Source: a virus (lineage: Duplodnaviria; Caudoviricetes). From it: DNA of 61,279 nt. The position numbers and the translations under genes are program-made. Shown here piece by piece: positions 27,870 through 38,655 of the stretch; position 1 is the stretch's first letter, and each line of letters begins with the position of its first letter. The notes under the pieces are model-generated. The model saw only the letters and a program-made list of their open reading frames with translations. It made no database searches and had not been told where the DNA came from. The stretch spans positions 1 to 61,279 of the IMG/VR virus record IMGVR_UViG_3300006925_000018; one strand, given 5' to 3'.

Positions 27870-30800
27870 GTGGCAGATAATGACAAAACAATAGTATCGA
27901 GAATACAACACCGCAGAGGTCTTAAGCAAGATCTTCCTCAGCCATTACGTCCTGGGGAAATAGGATTGGCTACAGACAGTAGACAACTCTATATTGGCGG
28001 CGATCCAACTAATCCAGCAACAGCAGATTATCATAGTGTAAGTTACTACGAAAATACTTTAAGTGCAAAAGACCATGTGGCTAGTATTGCCAATAATAAT
28101 ATTGTTGCATTTAATGTTCCTAGTGTACGATTTGTTGAAGGCGAATTTAACGGCACTAGCAAAGTTAAAAGTTGGCAACCAACTGATGCAAGAAGCATAT
28201 TATCAGGCTCATCTGCATCAGCATTTTCAGATTCAACATACCCTGTTTTCTCTCCAATATCAACAGCATCAATTTCAAGTACATTAAGTGCAACCAAAGC
28301 CGCTGGTAGTTTTGAGTTAGCAGTATCGATAGTTTCTGGACAAGATACTACAGGTAACATTAGAGTAAATGATGAAATCATTATATCTGGTTATGCAGGT
28401 ACAAGACCAAAAGTTAATACAGTAAGCAGACATGTTTCTGGTGGATACTATGTAGTTACTATTGACCAATCTATAACAGAACTTGCAAGTGGTACAGCAT
28501 TAGAATTTGTACCTAAGCATCAAAAGAATATTTTTACAGATAGAGCATTCCATTCACAAGACGTTACTGTAGTTAAAAATTCTATATCTCAAACAGGCGA
28601 AGCGTCTAGTACAACATTTACACCGTCAGCAAACGTTGACTATGCAATAGATGGTAGTAATATTACAAGTGTTGGTTCACATAGTTTAACAATGAGAACA
28701 GCACCAACAGTTTATGATTCAATTGCATTAACATATTATTCAAATGCTAATGTTATAGCCGCAATAGAAGGTGTAGAATCAGGCTCACACAAAGGCAATA
28801 TATCAGCATCAGTACCAATGCCAAGTTTTTATCAAAATACAACACTTTGGGATTCTGGATTATTACCTTCATACAAGCATTTCAAGAAAGAGAATATACG
28901 AATAAGTAAATCAACAGGGGTTGGTTATGTTGGTATGGATTTAGTTCATATAAGTGCAACAGCCGATGGTGCAAACATAACAGCAACAACAGGCCTAACT
29001 TTAGGTAATTTATACATTGCTAGAGAAGATGAAGCACTAGGCTTAACTTCGTTAGTATCTTCAAACAATGGAGAAAGTTATGTAGTAACATTTGCTTCCT
29101 CTAATGACGCAGGCAAATTCCAAACACAAGCAACAGCAGGTGTTTACAAATACAGTGAAATAATGTTTATAGGTAAAACAGGCTTCACTGACGAATACTT
29201 ACACAGGTCAAAATTTGCTGTAACAGGCACAGGCGGATCTGCAGTAACAATTTCAATGCCAGCATTACCGTATTCAATCTCACGTTCAGCAAGTGCTAAC
29301 GTTGAAGTAGACCCTGTATTCCCAGGTAACGGCTTTACAAATACGTCACCTACAACATGTGTTATTAGAATTTACGACGATACATTAAAAGCAGACGAAG
29401 TTAAACCAAATGATTACGTTAGAATTATTGACAACTTAGGTAATGCTTCCGCTTGTGAGTTAGACGATACATTATTTAAAGTAGTATCAACTAAAACAGG
29501 AAGCCATTTTAATATTCGAGTTAACACTAATGATATTTTAGCAGGTAACAGTAATGTTACATTTACTGCAAATATTGCCGCTGGTGGCATCAAGTATGTT
29601 AATCACGGTAGTTCGGCGGCAGATGTCGATGATACTATCCAGGTTATAGCAGAAGCACATGGTATTAATCCAGGTGGAACGTCAAATGTACAAATTAACG
29701 GTCCTGCTGTATTTACAACAGGAACTGCATATGATATTAAGACTTCAGCAAGTGATATTACAAAAAATACATTCTTTGTAGAAAACTATCCAGTACTAAT
29801 GAAAGAATCAGCATTACTACTTAATGAGTCGGGTGCAGGTGGATTCATTGCCGATTCGGCACAAGGTGTAATGCCACAGTCGTTACTAAGTTTTAGTAGC
29901 ACAGGTTTTGATGCTGTTCCAGTATTAGCAATTGACTTATCTGGCAACACTACAGTTGAAAGTGCTATTACCACAGTTAATAAAAATTTAGTAGAAATAG
30001 CAAGTGCAAATGTGCAGATATATCCGCAAATGAATTTTATACCACAGGATGATAATGCCAAAAATGCTGTGTATATAAGTCAAAGACCAGCATACTCATC
30101 AGTAGCAACAGGTGGCTTAGAGTTTACACTTTTTGAAGATAAAATAACACCAACATTATCTGTACTAGGTTTAGAAGATAAACTATATGACAGAGTAAAC
30201 AATACTGTAAAAGCAAAATTTGAACAATGGTTAAACAGTACAGTAAACAGCAGAGATGTAAATTTATTTAGTAATGTATTCCCAGGAGATAATGACGGTG
30301 CAACACCACCAGTAAGTACAACATACGCAACATTAAATCCTAAGAGCACAAACATGGCTACACCATACAGTTTGGCAATTGATAACACATTCAATGAAAT
30401 CACATTTGGTAGTAGAGAAGAAGCAGGCATATTTAATAATATTGTCAACAGAATATATGGTACAAGTTTATATGACAAACTACTAGATTCTAATAAAGGA
30501 TCAAGAGGTTTAATTAATCTTAAAAATAACATTGAGATTTCTACAAGAGAAGCCGCAACGTTTGGTAACAAAGTAACAAGTTTTAACAGTATGGAACAAA
30601 CTATATTACTACCAGGTGATAACGGTATTTCAGGCACAGGCGCAGTACAACAAGCAACATTAAATGCGGCTAAGTTAGTTGCTTCGTTTGATGCAAGTAG
30701 TACATACAATGTATTTAAAGTAGATTACAGTATAGCAGAAAGTGTAGGTAGTTCTGCTAACAAATACATTAGAACAGGTGTTTGGACTATTGCAGGTAGA

Positions 30801-31049
30801 ACCGACTTTACAGATCAAGCAAATGCTGTTATCTTTAATGATTCATTCTCTAGTCATTCGGAAATCACAACTCATACAAACAGTTTGGTAGAACCTAAGT
30901 TTAGAGCATTAATGAATAGTTCTGGACTTATATCTGTGTATCTAGTTAATGATCAAAAGGAAATAGAGACGGACACAAATATAACGCATAATTTAGGTGT
31001 CCAGTTAAGAGTTAAATATATACAAGACCGTTGGTCCTCATCTAGTTAA
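27870..31049 (+). CDS. Large tail/baseplate structural protein with Mtd-N-like N-terminus
   Basis: RIQHRRG...LRPGEIGLATDSRQLYIG; S/T/N-rich; GATAAATA at 27838-27845; AGGAG RBS, GTG start. Confidence 0.75.
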   Translation: MADNDKTIVSRIQHRRGLKQDLPQPLRPGEIGLATDSRQLYIGGDPTNPATADYHSVSYYENTLSAKDHVASIANNNIVAFNVPSVRFVEGEFNGTSKVKSWQPTDARSILSGSSASAFSDSTYPVFSPISTASISSTLSATKAAGSFELAVSIVSGQDTTGNIRVNDEIIISGYAGTRPKVNTVSRHVSGGYYVVTIDQSITELASGTALEFVPKHQKNIFTDRAFHSQDVTVVKNSISQTGEASSTTFTPSANVDYAIDGSNITSVGSHSLTMRTAPTVYDSIALTYYSNANVIAAIEGVESGSHKGNISASVPMPSFYQNTTLWDSGLLPSYKHFKKENIRISKSTGVGYVGMDLVHISATADGANITATTGLTLGNLYIAREDEALGLTSLVSSNNGESYVVTFASSNDAGKFQTQATAGVYKYSEIMFIGKTGFTDEYLHRSKFAVTGTGGSAVTISMPALPYSISRSASANVEVDPVFPGNGFTNTSPTTCVIRIYDDTLKADEVKPNDYVRIIDNLGNASACELDDTLFKVVSTKTGSHFNIRVNTNDILAGNSNVTFTANIAAGGIKYVNHGSSAADVDDTIQVIAEAHGINPGGTSNVQINGPAVFTTGTAYDIKTSASDITKNTFFVENYPVLMKESALLLNESGAGGFIADSAQGVMPQSLLSFSSTGFDAVPVLAIDLSGNTTVESAITTVNKNLVEIASANVQIYPQMNFIPQDDNAKNAVYISQRPAYSSVATGGLEFTLFEDKITPTLSVLGLEDKLYDRVNNTVKAKFEQWLNSTVNSRDVNLFSNVFPGDNDGATPPVSTTYATLNPKSTNMATPYSLAIDNTFNEITFGSREEAGIFNNIVNRIYGTSLYDKLLDSNKGSRGLINLKNNIEISTREAATFGNKVTSFNSMEQTILLPGDNGISGTGAVQQATLNAAKLVASFDASSTYNVFKVDYSIAESVGSSANKYIRTGVWTIAGRTDFTDQANAVIFNDSFSSHSEITTHTNSLVEPKFRALMNSSGLISVYLVNDQKEIETDTNITHNLGVQLRVKYIQDRWSSSS

Positions 31050-31058
31050 TAGGTAACT

Positions 31059-31496
31059 ATGTTTACAAACACACAGGACGGAAACGCCCGGCTTCGTGCA
31101 TGGCGATCTTTTAGAAATGACTTCCCGCAAGACGGTACTATGCTTGATGTTGCCCAAGGTTTCAAGGATGTCAAACCCAAGCAACGTTACATAGATTACT
31201 ACAGCCCCCACAATTGGCCTAACGTTTTTGAGATAGTCTCAGAAGGCTATTTGTGTCAGACCGGACTGTCTATTGTCATAGCATCAACCCTTCATAATTT
31301 TGGCTTCATAAACACAGATTCTGTAAAATTTGAGATGATAAGTAATCATGTTACAGGAACAGAAGGAGCAATATTTGAGGTAGATGGGTCCTTTTTTAAC
31401 TTCACTCCGGGCGAGATTGTTGACGAAAAATACGTCAGAGATAACTCGGTTACGTTCCATTCAAGTATAATAACACTAGATAAATTATATGCTTGA
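31059..31496 (+). CDS. Hypothetical protein, possibly transglutaminase-like fold
   Basis: WPNVFEIVSEGYLC motif; weak functional call. Confidence 0.55.
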   Translation: MFTNTQDGNARLRAWRSFRNDFPQDGTMLDVAQGFKDVKPKQRYIDYYSPHNWPNVFEIVSEGYLCQTGLSIVIASTLHNFGFINTDSVKFEMISNHVTGTEGAIFEVDGSFFNFTPGEIVDEKYVRDNSVTFHSSIITLDKLYA

Positions 31497-31521
31497 CAAA
31501 CTAAATAATAGCATGTATAAT
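31493..31521 (+). promoter_or_regulatory. Sigma70-type promoter for nrdAB with nested CTAAATA
   Basis: TTGACA-N17-TATAAT. Confidence 0.82.
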
Positions 31522-31560
31522 AAAGCATAGAGTCATACTATCTAACACACAGGAACACGA

Positions 31561-33870
31561 ATGTCAAAAGAAATTTTAATTACTAAACGGGACGGGAGAC
31601 GAGAGCCGCTAGAGCTTGATAAGTTACATAAGGTTGTTTTCCATGCTTGTGAAAATATTACAGGTGTCAGTGAATCCGAAGTAGAAATAAAATCACACAT
31701 ACAGTTCTTTACTGGCATTACCAGTGCTGAAATACAAGAGACACTTATCAAAAGTGCCGCAGATCTAATCACAGAAGAAACTCCAAACTATCAATTTGTA
31801 GCAGGTAGATTAATTAACTATCATTTGCGTAAGCAAGTGTATGGAACATTTACTCCTCCTTGTTTGTGTGATATTATTCAGGGTAATATTGATAGAGGTT
31901 TCTATGATGCAGAAATTTTGGAACTATACACAAAAGCAGAAATTGACGAACTAAGTGACTACATCGTACACGAGCGTGACGAAAGTTTAACGTATGCCGC
32001 GATGGAACAGTTTAGAGGAAAATATTTGGTGCAAAATCGTACAACAGGGGAGATATTTGAAACTCCTCAGGTTGCTTACATGTTAATTTCAGCAACATTG
32101 TTTAGTGATTATCCAACAGAGACACGTCTACAAACAGTTAAAGAATATTATGATGCTATTAGTACACATTACATTAGTTTACCTACGCCTGTTATGGCTG
32201 GTGTTAGAACACCACAAAGACAGTTTAGTAGTTGTGTGTTAATTGAAACAGGTGATAGTTTAGACAGCATTAACGCAACTACAACAAGTGTAGTTAAGTA
32301 TGTAAGTCAAAAGGCAGGTATTGGCATTGGTGCAGGTAGTATTAGAGCAATTGGCTCGCCTATTAGGAGTGGAGACGCAACTCACACAGGAGTTATCCCC
32401 TTCTATAAACTATTCCAAAGTGCTGTAAAAAGTTGTAGCCAAGGTGGAGTAAGAGGCGGAGCGGCAACACTATACTATCCTATTTGGCATTTAGAAATTG
32501 AGGATATGTTAGTTCTTAAGAACAATAAAGGCACAGAAGAAAACCGTGTAAGGCACATGGACTACGGTGTACAGTTTAATAAACTAATGTATGAGAGACT
32601 ACTTGAAGGCGGTAATATAACATTGTTTAGTCCTCATGATGTTCCTGGTTTGTATGAAACATTCTTTAACGATCAAGATAAGTTTAAAGAATTATACGAA
32701 ACAGCAGAACGTAATACTCGACTAAAGAAGAAGTCTATTAAAGCAATTGATTTATTCAGTGCTTTTGTAACAGAAAGAAAAGACACTGGTAGAATATATT
32801 TAATGAATGTTGACCATGCTAATACACATGGTTCGTTTAAAGAAGACATAGCACCTGTTAGACAAAGTAATTTGTGTTGTGAAATTAACTTACCAACCAA
32901 GCCATTAATGCATAGCAATGACCCAGACGGTGAGATTGCATTGTGTACGTTGTCAGCAATTAACTGGGGAAGAATAAAGACGCCACAAGACTTTGCCAAG
33001 CCTTGCGAACTTGCTGTAAGAGGCTTAGATGCGTTGCTAGACTACCAAAAGTACCCAGTACTGGCGGCAGAACTAGCCACATATAAAAGACGTCCTCTTG
33101 GTGTAGGTATTATTAACTTTGCATTTTGGTTAGCAAAAAATGATACAAACTATCAAGATCCTAATTTAGAATTAGTTGATGAATATGCAGAAGCATGGAG
33201 TTACTACCTAATTAAAGCAAGTGCTGATTTGGCTGTAGAAAAAGGCGCATGTCCAGGTACTAACGAAACAAAGTACGGCGATGGCATTACACCAAATCAA
33301 ACATACAAGAAAGAGATTGACGAATTAGTTAAACATAAAGAAAGAATGGATTGGAAAGGTTTAAGAGAGCAACTAAAATATTCAGGCATTCGTAATTCAA
33401 CATTAATGGCACTAATGCCAGCAGAAACATCTGCACAAATTAGTAATAGTACAAATGGTATTGAGCCACCACGTAGTTATGTTAGTGTTAAGCAAAGCAA
33501 ACATGGTGTGTTAAAACAAGTAGTACCACAGTATGCAAAATTAAAAAACAAGTATGATCTATTGTGGGATCAAAAAAGTCCCGAAGGTTACTTGAAGATT
33601 ATGGCAGTTTTACAAAAATACATTGACCAAGGTATTAGTGTAAATACTAGTTACAACCCAGAGCACTATGAGGATGAAAAAATCCCAATGAGTGTATTAC
33701 TACAACATATCATCATGTTTTATAAATATGGTGGAAAGCAATTATATTACAACAATACTTACGATGGACAAGGTGAGATTGATATCGACAAAGAAGAAAG
33801 TAGAAAGACTGTCGAAGCCAATTTTGTAAGTAGTGTCGAAGATGATGATTGCGACAGTTGTAAAATTTAA
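31561..33870 (+). CDS. nrdA: Ribonucleotide reductase class Ia alpha subunit
   Basis: ATP cone ITKRDG; QFSSC; QSNLCCEI; LMPAETS; C-terminal CDSCKI. Confidence 0.98.
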   Translation: MSKEILITKRDGRREPLELDKLHKVVFHACENITGVSESEVEIKSHIQFFTGITSAEIQETLIKSAADLITEETPNYQFVAGRLINYHLRKQVYGTFTPPCLCDIIQGNIDRGFYDAEILELYTKAEIDELSDYIVHERDESLTYAAMEQFRGKYLVQNRTTGEIFETPQVAYMLISATLFSDYPTETRLQTVKEYYDAISTHYISLPTPVMAGVRTPQRQFSSCVLIETGDSLDSINATTTSVVKYVSQKAGIGIGAGSIRAIGSPIRSGDATHTGVIPFYKLFQSAVKSCSQGGVRGGAATLYYPIWHLEIEDMLVLKNNKGTEENRVRHMDYGVQFNKLMYERLLEGGNITLFSPHDVPGLYETFFNDQDKFKELYETAERNTRLKKKSIKAIDLFSAFVTERKDTGRIYLMNVDHANTHGSFKEDIAPVRQSNLCCEINLPTKPLMHSNDPDGEIALCTLSAINWGRIKTPQDFAKPCELAVRGLDALLDYQKYPVLAAELATYKRRPLGVGIINFAFWLAKNDTNYQDPNLELVDEYAEAWSYYLIKASADLAVEKGACPGTNETKYGDGITPNQTYKKEIDELVKHKERMDWKGLREQLKYSGIRNSTLMALMPAETSAQISNSTNGIEPPRSYVSVKQSKHGVLKQVVPQYAKLKNKYDLLWDQKSPEGYLKIMAVLQKYIDQGISVNTSYNPEHYEDEKIPMSVLLQHIIMFYKYGGKQLYYNNTYDGQGEIDIDKEESRKTVEANFVSSVEDDDCDSCKI

Positions 33871-33882
33871 GGAAAATTAAAG

Positions 33883-35010
33883 ATGTCAGTATTCAATTCC
33901 AAAGCCAAGGATCATACCAAGGCTAACATGTTCCTCGACTCGTCAGGTGGAGTAGGCATTCAGAGATATGATACATTAAAGTATAGACAGTTTGACAAGT
34001 TAACGGACAAGCAGTTAGGATTCTTTTGGAGACCAGAAGAAGTAGATATTACTAAAGACACAAAAGACTTTAGAGACTTAACTGAACAAGAACAGCATAT
34101 TTTTACAAGTAACTTAAAGCGACAAATCATTCTAGATAGTGTTCAAGGCCGTTCACCTAACTTAGCATTACTACCTATTGTTAGTATACCAGAGTTAGAA
34201 ACTTGGATTGAAACATGGGCATTCTCTGAAACAATTCACAGCAGAAGTTATACACACATTATTAGAAATGTGTATTCAGATCCTAGTATAGTATTTGATA
34301 ACATGTTAAATGTTAGAGAAATTAATTCATGTTCTGATACAATCAGTAAAGGTTATGATGAGCTCATTGAAAGTATTAGTTACTTTAATTTATTAGGCGT
34401 AGGCACACATACAGTTAACGGCAAAAAAGTTGTAGTCGATTTATACGAGCTCAAAAAGAAACTGTGGTTATGCTTAATGAGTGTAAATATACTTGAAGGT
34501 GTACGTTTTTATGTTTCCTTTGCATGTAGTTGGGCTTTTGCAGAACTTAAGAAAATGGAAGGTAATGCAAAAATTATCAAACTTATTGCTAGAGATGAGA
34601 ACGTTCATTTAGCAAGTACTCAGCAGATGTTGAAACTGTTAAAAACAGACGACAAAGATTTTGCCAAGATTGCAAAAGAAACTGAGGGTGCATGTATAGA
34701 GATGTTTATGGAAGCCGTACAACAAGAAAAAGGTTGGGCTGACTACTTATTTGAGAATGGTAGTATGATAGGATTAAATGCCGAACTGCTTAAGAATTAC
34801 ATTGAGTGGATTGGTGCTAAAAGGATGAGAGCAGTTGGACTAACTTGCCCTTATACAGTTAGTGCAAGTAATCCATTACCGTGGACACAAAAATGGATTA
34901 GTGGTGGCGAGGTACAAGTAGCACCACAAGAGACAGAGATTAGTAGTTATGTTATTGGTGGTACTAAACAAGACGTAACAGAAGACACATTTAAAGGATT
35001 TAGTTTATAA
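33883..35010 (+). CDS. nrdB: Ribonucleotide reductase class Ia beta subunit
   Basis: FFWRPEEVD; ETIHSRSY; EGVRFYVSF; DENVH; APQETE. Confidence 0.98.
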   Translation: MSVFNSKAKDHTKANMFLDSSGGVGIQRYDTLKYRQFDKLTDKQLGFFWRPEEVDITKDTKDFRDLTEQEQHIFTSNLKRQIILDSVQGRSPNLALLPIVSIPELETWIETWAFSETIHSRSYTHIIRNVYSDPSIVFDNMLNVREINSCSDTISKGYDELIESISYFNLLGVGTHTVNGKKVVVDLYELKKKLWLCLMSVNILEGVRFYVSFACSWAFAELKKMEGNAKIIKLIARDENVHLASTQQMLKLLKTDDKDFAKIAKETEGACIEMFMEAVQQEKGWADYLFENGSMIGLNAELLKNYIEWIGAKRMRAVGLTCPYTVSASNPLPWTQKWISGGEVQVAPQETEISSYVIGGTKQDVTEDTFKGFSL

Positions 35011-35252
35011 TGAAAGTAGAGATTTACAGCAAACCACAATGTCCATTTTGCACACAGGCAAAAGCATTAGCAGAAAGAGAAGGATATGAACTAACATATA
35101 AAATGTTAGATGAAGACTTTGACAGAGAAACACTAATGGAAACATTTCCAGGTGCAAGAACTTTCCCTCAAATTATTGTTGATGATGAAAAGATTGGCGG
35201 ATTTACAGAGTTTAAATCATTAGTAGATACTAAAAAATTAGGCGACATATAA
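35010..35252 (+). CDS. Glutaredoxin
   Basis: CPFC, RTFPQI, IGGF. Confidence 0.95.
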   Translation: MKVEIYSKPQCPFCTQAKALAEREGYELTYKMLDEDFDRETLMETFPGARTFPQIIVDDEKIGGFTEFKSLVDTKKLGDI

Positions 35253-35563
35253 TGTACACAGAACAGTTACACGATTTACTAGGTAAGACAGTTACAGTTA
35301 GAAGCATTAATAATGACGAATTCATTGGTAAACTAATATCAATGGATGAAGATTTTATTGTTATGCAAAACCCTAGATCAGTATTAATAAATGGACCAGA
35401 TGTAATACTTGGACCATTTTTATTAACCGCAAAGGCAGATATTGTGCCTATGCAACTAAACAACGTATTATGCGTTGTTCCAACCTTGCCTGAGGCAGAA
35501 AAAGATTATAAAGATTCTGTACTTGAAGAGGCAAATGCTGAAGAAAGCATTAAAGAAGATTAA
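35252..35563 (+). CDS. Sm/LSm-like domain protein
   Basis: LGKTVTVRSINNDEFIGKL...IVMQNP matches Sm1 pattern. Confidence 0.65.
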   Translation: MYTEQLHDLLGKTVTVRSINNDEFIGKLISMDEDFIVMQNPRSVLINGPDVILGPFLLTAKADIVPMQLNNVLCVVPTLPEAEKDYKDSVLEEANAEESIKED

Positions 35564-35633
35564 TGGTACACACTTGGGTATAGCAGTTATAGTGCTATAT
35601 TTTGTGTTTGCTATTTGTATTTTCGATAAATAA
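35535..35633 (+). CDS. 32-aa single-pass membrane peptide not in the ORF track
   Basis: MLKKALKKINGTHLGIAVIVLYFVFAICIFDK; GAGG upstream; fills the intergenic gap. Confidence 0.55.
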   Translation: MLKKALKKINGTHLGIAVIVLYFVFAICIFDK

Positions 35634-35637
35634 AAGT

Positions 35638-35922
35638 ATGTTCGGAATAGGTAAAGTAGGTATGTCAATGTGCGGGCCGGGTGGTATTGTAATAGGACCA
35701 GGTGCTCCTATGGTACTTGCTGAAGGTCTACCAGTTAGTGTTGCAAACGATAAGGTTACACCACATGGTGAGAACATGCATGCCAAACCAAATGTTCTTT
35801 TACCAACATGTAGTAAAACCGTTTTTGCAATGGGCAAGCCAGTTGCAATGCAGGCACAAACTACAGCCACATGTTTTCATCCTATGACATTAGGTGCTGT
35901 TACTGTTAAAGTTGGTATCTAA
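35638..35922 (+). CDS. PAAR-like tail spike tip protein (T4 gp5.4-like)
   Basis: VLAEGLPVS..DKVTPHG, TVFAMGKPVA, CFH; GATAAATA 5 nt upstream. Confidence 0.8.
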   Translation: MFGIGKVGMSMCGPGGIVIGPGAPMVLAEGLPVSVANDKVTPHGENMHAKPNVLLPTCSKTVFAMGKPVAMQAQTTATCFHPMTLGAVTVKVGI

Positions 35923-36959
35923 CTAAAATACGATTGTATTTTTCTTTCATTTAAAAACGTCTTATTAAACTTTTGTGCATAATATAAAGTCTTTAATGCG
36001 TATTCATCTGAATGATTAATCTTTGAAACTGTCTTACTAGTCATGTTCCAATCAGGACATAACATGTTTACAAACATATAAAACTCTTCACCGTTTTCTG
36101 TAACATGTCCAGACGGAGTTACATGTATATCATTCTTATCTGGATTGTCGAAGCCTTGAAGTTGTGAATGATTAATTGCTTGACTTACCATAGGAAATTG
36201 TAATAATCCTCTACCATCTTTTTCAGCAACAAAAGTTCTTAAACTGTTATAGTTTTCTAAATGTCGTTGTAATGGCACTGGTTTAATGTTATTATACTTG
36301 TCTTTGATTTCTCGTAGTTGTACGGCATCATAATCATCATCTAACATTTCTGTTTCTAATTGTACTGGAACTACATCGTATAGCCAATTACCTGTTTGAT
36401 CAATAACACATGAGCCTATAACATCATTTTTTATACCAGGTGTAAACTTAATTTTTACACTTCTTTGAGCACAAAAAGTAGTTATGTAAGGTATCTGATG
36501 TTTGTTATGCTCGTACACAAAGAACTCTACCATTGCGTTAGAGTTTGCTAGGCTAAGTACATTTGCTACTGATTCCCAAGTTTGTCCTAAGAATATTTTA
36601 CCACACTCTTGTTCAAACCCATCGCAAAATACATGTATCATTGCTTGATGGTCTTTTAATGTTTCTACAGTTTTTGATGGTATCATACCATATGTAGAGA
36701 TTGTAAGCATACCGCCTACTAGTTTAGATATTCTAGTTGCATCTTTCCACAGCCCTGCATCACCATAAGTACTTTTTAAATATATAGGCTCATCAAACAC
36801 AAAGAACCCTTCTGAGATGCTGTCTAAACTGTGTAGCACACTTTCTAAGTCTAAGTTAAGTTCTGGGTAATCTCTTTTACCGAATCGGTGTTGTGCCCAT
36901 TGTCCTTGCGAACCCAACGGATTGTAAACTGTACTGTGTGTTGTAGGATCTATAATCAT
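35919..36959 (-). CDS. Hypothetical protein, possibly radical-SAM-like without the CxxxCxxC motif
   Basis: YGDA, ISTYG, FCDG, FFVYEHNKHQI pattern; no triple-Cys motif. Confidence 0.5.
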   Translation of the reverse strand: MIIDPTTHSTVYNPLGSQGQWAQHRFGKRDYPELNLDLESVLHSLDSISEGFFVFDEPIYLKSTYGDAGLWKDATRISKLVGGMLTISTYGMIPSKTVETLKDHQAMIHVFCDGFEQECGKIFLGQTWESVANVLSLANSNAMVEFFVYEHNKHQIPYITTFCAQRSVKIKFTPGIKNDVIGSCVIDQTGNWLYDVVPVQLETEMLDDDYDAVQLREIKDKYNNIKPVPLQRHLENYNSLRTFVAEKDGRGLLQFPMVSQAINHSQLQGFDNPDKNDIHVTPSGHVTENGEEFYMFVNMLCPDWNMTSKTVSKINHSDEYALKTLYYAQKFNKTFLNERKIQSYFS

Positions 36960-36960
36960 A

Positions 36961-36999
36961 AAAAAACCGTGCTATTGTTTATATTTAGCACGGTTTTTT
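36961..36999. terminator. Intrinsic terminator hairpin (14-bp perfect inverted repeat)
   Basis: AAAAAACCGTGCTA-N11-TAGCACGGTTTTTT. Confidence 0.9.
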
Positions 37000-37014
37000 A
37001 TTAACTTAAACTTA

Positions 37015-38574
37015 TTACGGTTTGTAGTTGATCGCTGTACTATAGTTTACAACTTCATCGTATGATGCATCATCTGTGTCGTAATAAAATGAACTTGGGT
37101 CATTATCAATATCTAATTCACTTTCAGCAGTTTCATATAAACCAACTGAGAATTCTTCTACCATTGTTGCTGAAGTAGTATCTGTACCTGTTCCTGGCAC
37201 CATACCTCTTACTGCAAACAAGTAAATACCTGGCGTTCTATCTGCTGGGCATGTACTTGCATCAGTTGTATCAATGCTTAAAATACCTGTTGATACATCA
37301 AATGTCATCCATGGTGGTAAAGGAGCAAATGGTAATACTACAACACTAGTTGCATTGTCGGCAAGTCCTAAATCTACTGTACTAGCCGCCGCCCCTCGTT
37401 GTATGTTAGCAATTCTTCCTGAAGGAACACTTGTAAGTACTCTGGAGTCAACATTCTTAGTGGCAAGAGACGCTCTATAAACTGATGAATAATCAACATC
37501 TGGATCTGATTCATCAAACGTTAAAGTAAATGAACCACTTGCGTGACCATATGCTAACATCTGTTCTTTAATCTCACTTGATGTAAGAGCAGTATCTCTT
37601 TCGACAAAGTGTGTTACAACACCTGCTACTAATCCTGATGATAAACTTGTTCCTGTACCGTCTAAATAATTTGATACATTAGCACTATCGGCAACATCTA
37701 TGCCAACACCTATTGCAAACATATCAAGTTGAGCACCAAAGTTAATAAAACTATTACCTGAACTGTGTGGAGCATTAGTAAATGATGTAACCTGTAAATC
37801 ATTATTGAATGATCCAACTGTAATAATTTCGTCAACGCCTGCTGGAGATTTAGTATCAACGTTTACGCCATCATTACCAGCCGCCGCTACAACAACTAAG
37901 TTACTTGCGTTCATTTCTAATATCTTTGCATCAACAAAAGCATTTGTAGGTATAGTCCATGGTAAACATACCGCTTTAACATTTGAATTTGTGTTTGCAT
38001 TATGATGCACTAAAATTGCACTTAGTGAATTAATAATTTCACCAACTGTAACTGAACCACCGTTTGTATTAAACAGTTTAACGTTCTGTAAGATACAGTC
38101 TGGTGCTGTACCAATATTTTTACCTATGATCATTGATGCTACTGCTGTACCGTGTCCTGCAGTATCACCGTAATTGCTTATCGCACTATCGTCTTCGAAG
38201 TTTGTCCATAAGTTTTGAATTTGTCTTCCGTCAAACTCGGTGTGTAGATTGTTAATACCTGTATCTACTAGGTATACAAATTTACCGCCACCTGTTCTTG
38301 CTGGGTTCCAGTTCCTTTCACCTGATGTATGAATACATTTGTCTAGGTGGTCTGTTGTATATGTTGCGCCTGCTTGTACGGTTACAGTTACTGATTCTGA
38401 TGCATCTTGACTGGCTGTAACACCTATGATTGCATCTTTTTGTGCCTCTGTGGCGTCTATTTCGTACGTTAGGTTAAATCCTAATGTACTAATAACCGTA
38501 GCACCTGCTGTAGTAATCGCACTCTGAGCCGCCGCATCATCGGCACTATTCATGCTCACTAAGTATCTTGCCAT
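37015..38574 (-). CDS. Subtilisin-like S8 serine protease with propeptide and C-terminal Ig-like segment
   Basis: VYLVDTG, GHGTAVAS, AAGN, GTSLSS; LPPWMTFD; GGAGA RBS; late motif 38622-38629. Confidence 0.93.
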   Translation of the reverse strand: MARYLVSMNSADDAAAQSAITTAGATVISTLGFNLTYEIDATEAQKDAIIGVTASQDASESVTVTVQAGATYTTDHLDKCIHTSGERNWNPARTGGGKFVYLVDTGINNLHTEFDGRQIQNLWTNFEDDSAISNYGDTAGHGTAVASMIIGKNIGTAPDCILQNVKLFNTNGGSVTVGEIINSLSAILVHHNANTNSNVKAVCLPWTIPTNAFVDAKILEMNASNLVVVAAAGNDGVNVDTKSPAGVDEIITVGSFNNDLQVTSFTNAPHSSGNSFINFGAQLDMFAIGVGIDVADSANVSNYLDGTGTSLSSGLVAGVVTHFVERDTALTSSEIKEQMLAYGHASGSFTLTFDESDPDVDYSSVYRASLATKNVDSRVLTSVPSGRIANIQRGAAASTVDLGLADNATSVVVLPFAPLPPWMTFDVSTGILSIDTTDASTCPADRTPGIYLFAVRGMVPGTGTDTTSATMVEEFSVGLYETAESELDIDNDPSSFYYDTDDASYDEVVNYSTAINYKP

Positions 38575-38655
38575 GTTTATATCTCCAATAAAGTTCTAAG
38601 TTGAAACTAATTTATACTAAGTATTTATCATAAACGGACAGGAAACAAACCTTTA

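Noticed and set aside
31561-35010. Introns, inteins or homing endonucleases in nrdA/nrdB
   Set aside because: Both ORFs are continuous and of normal length
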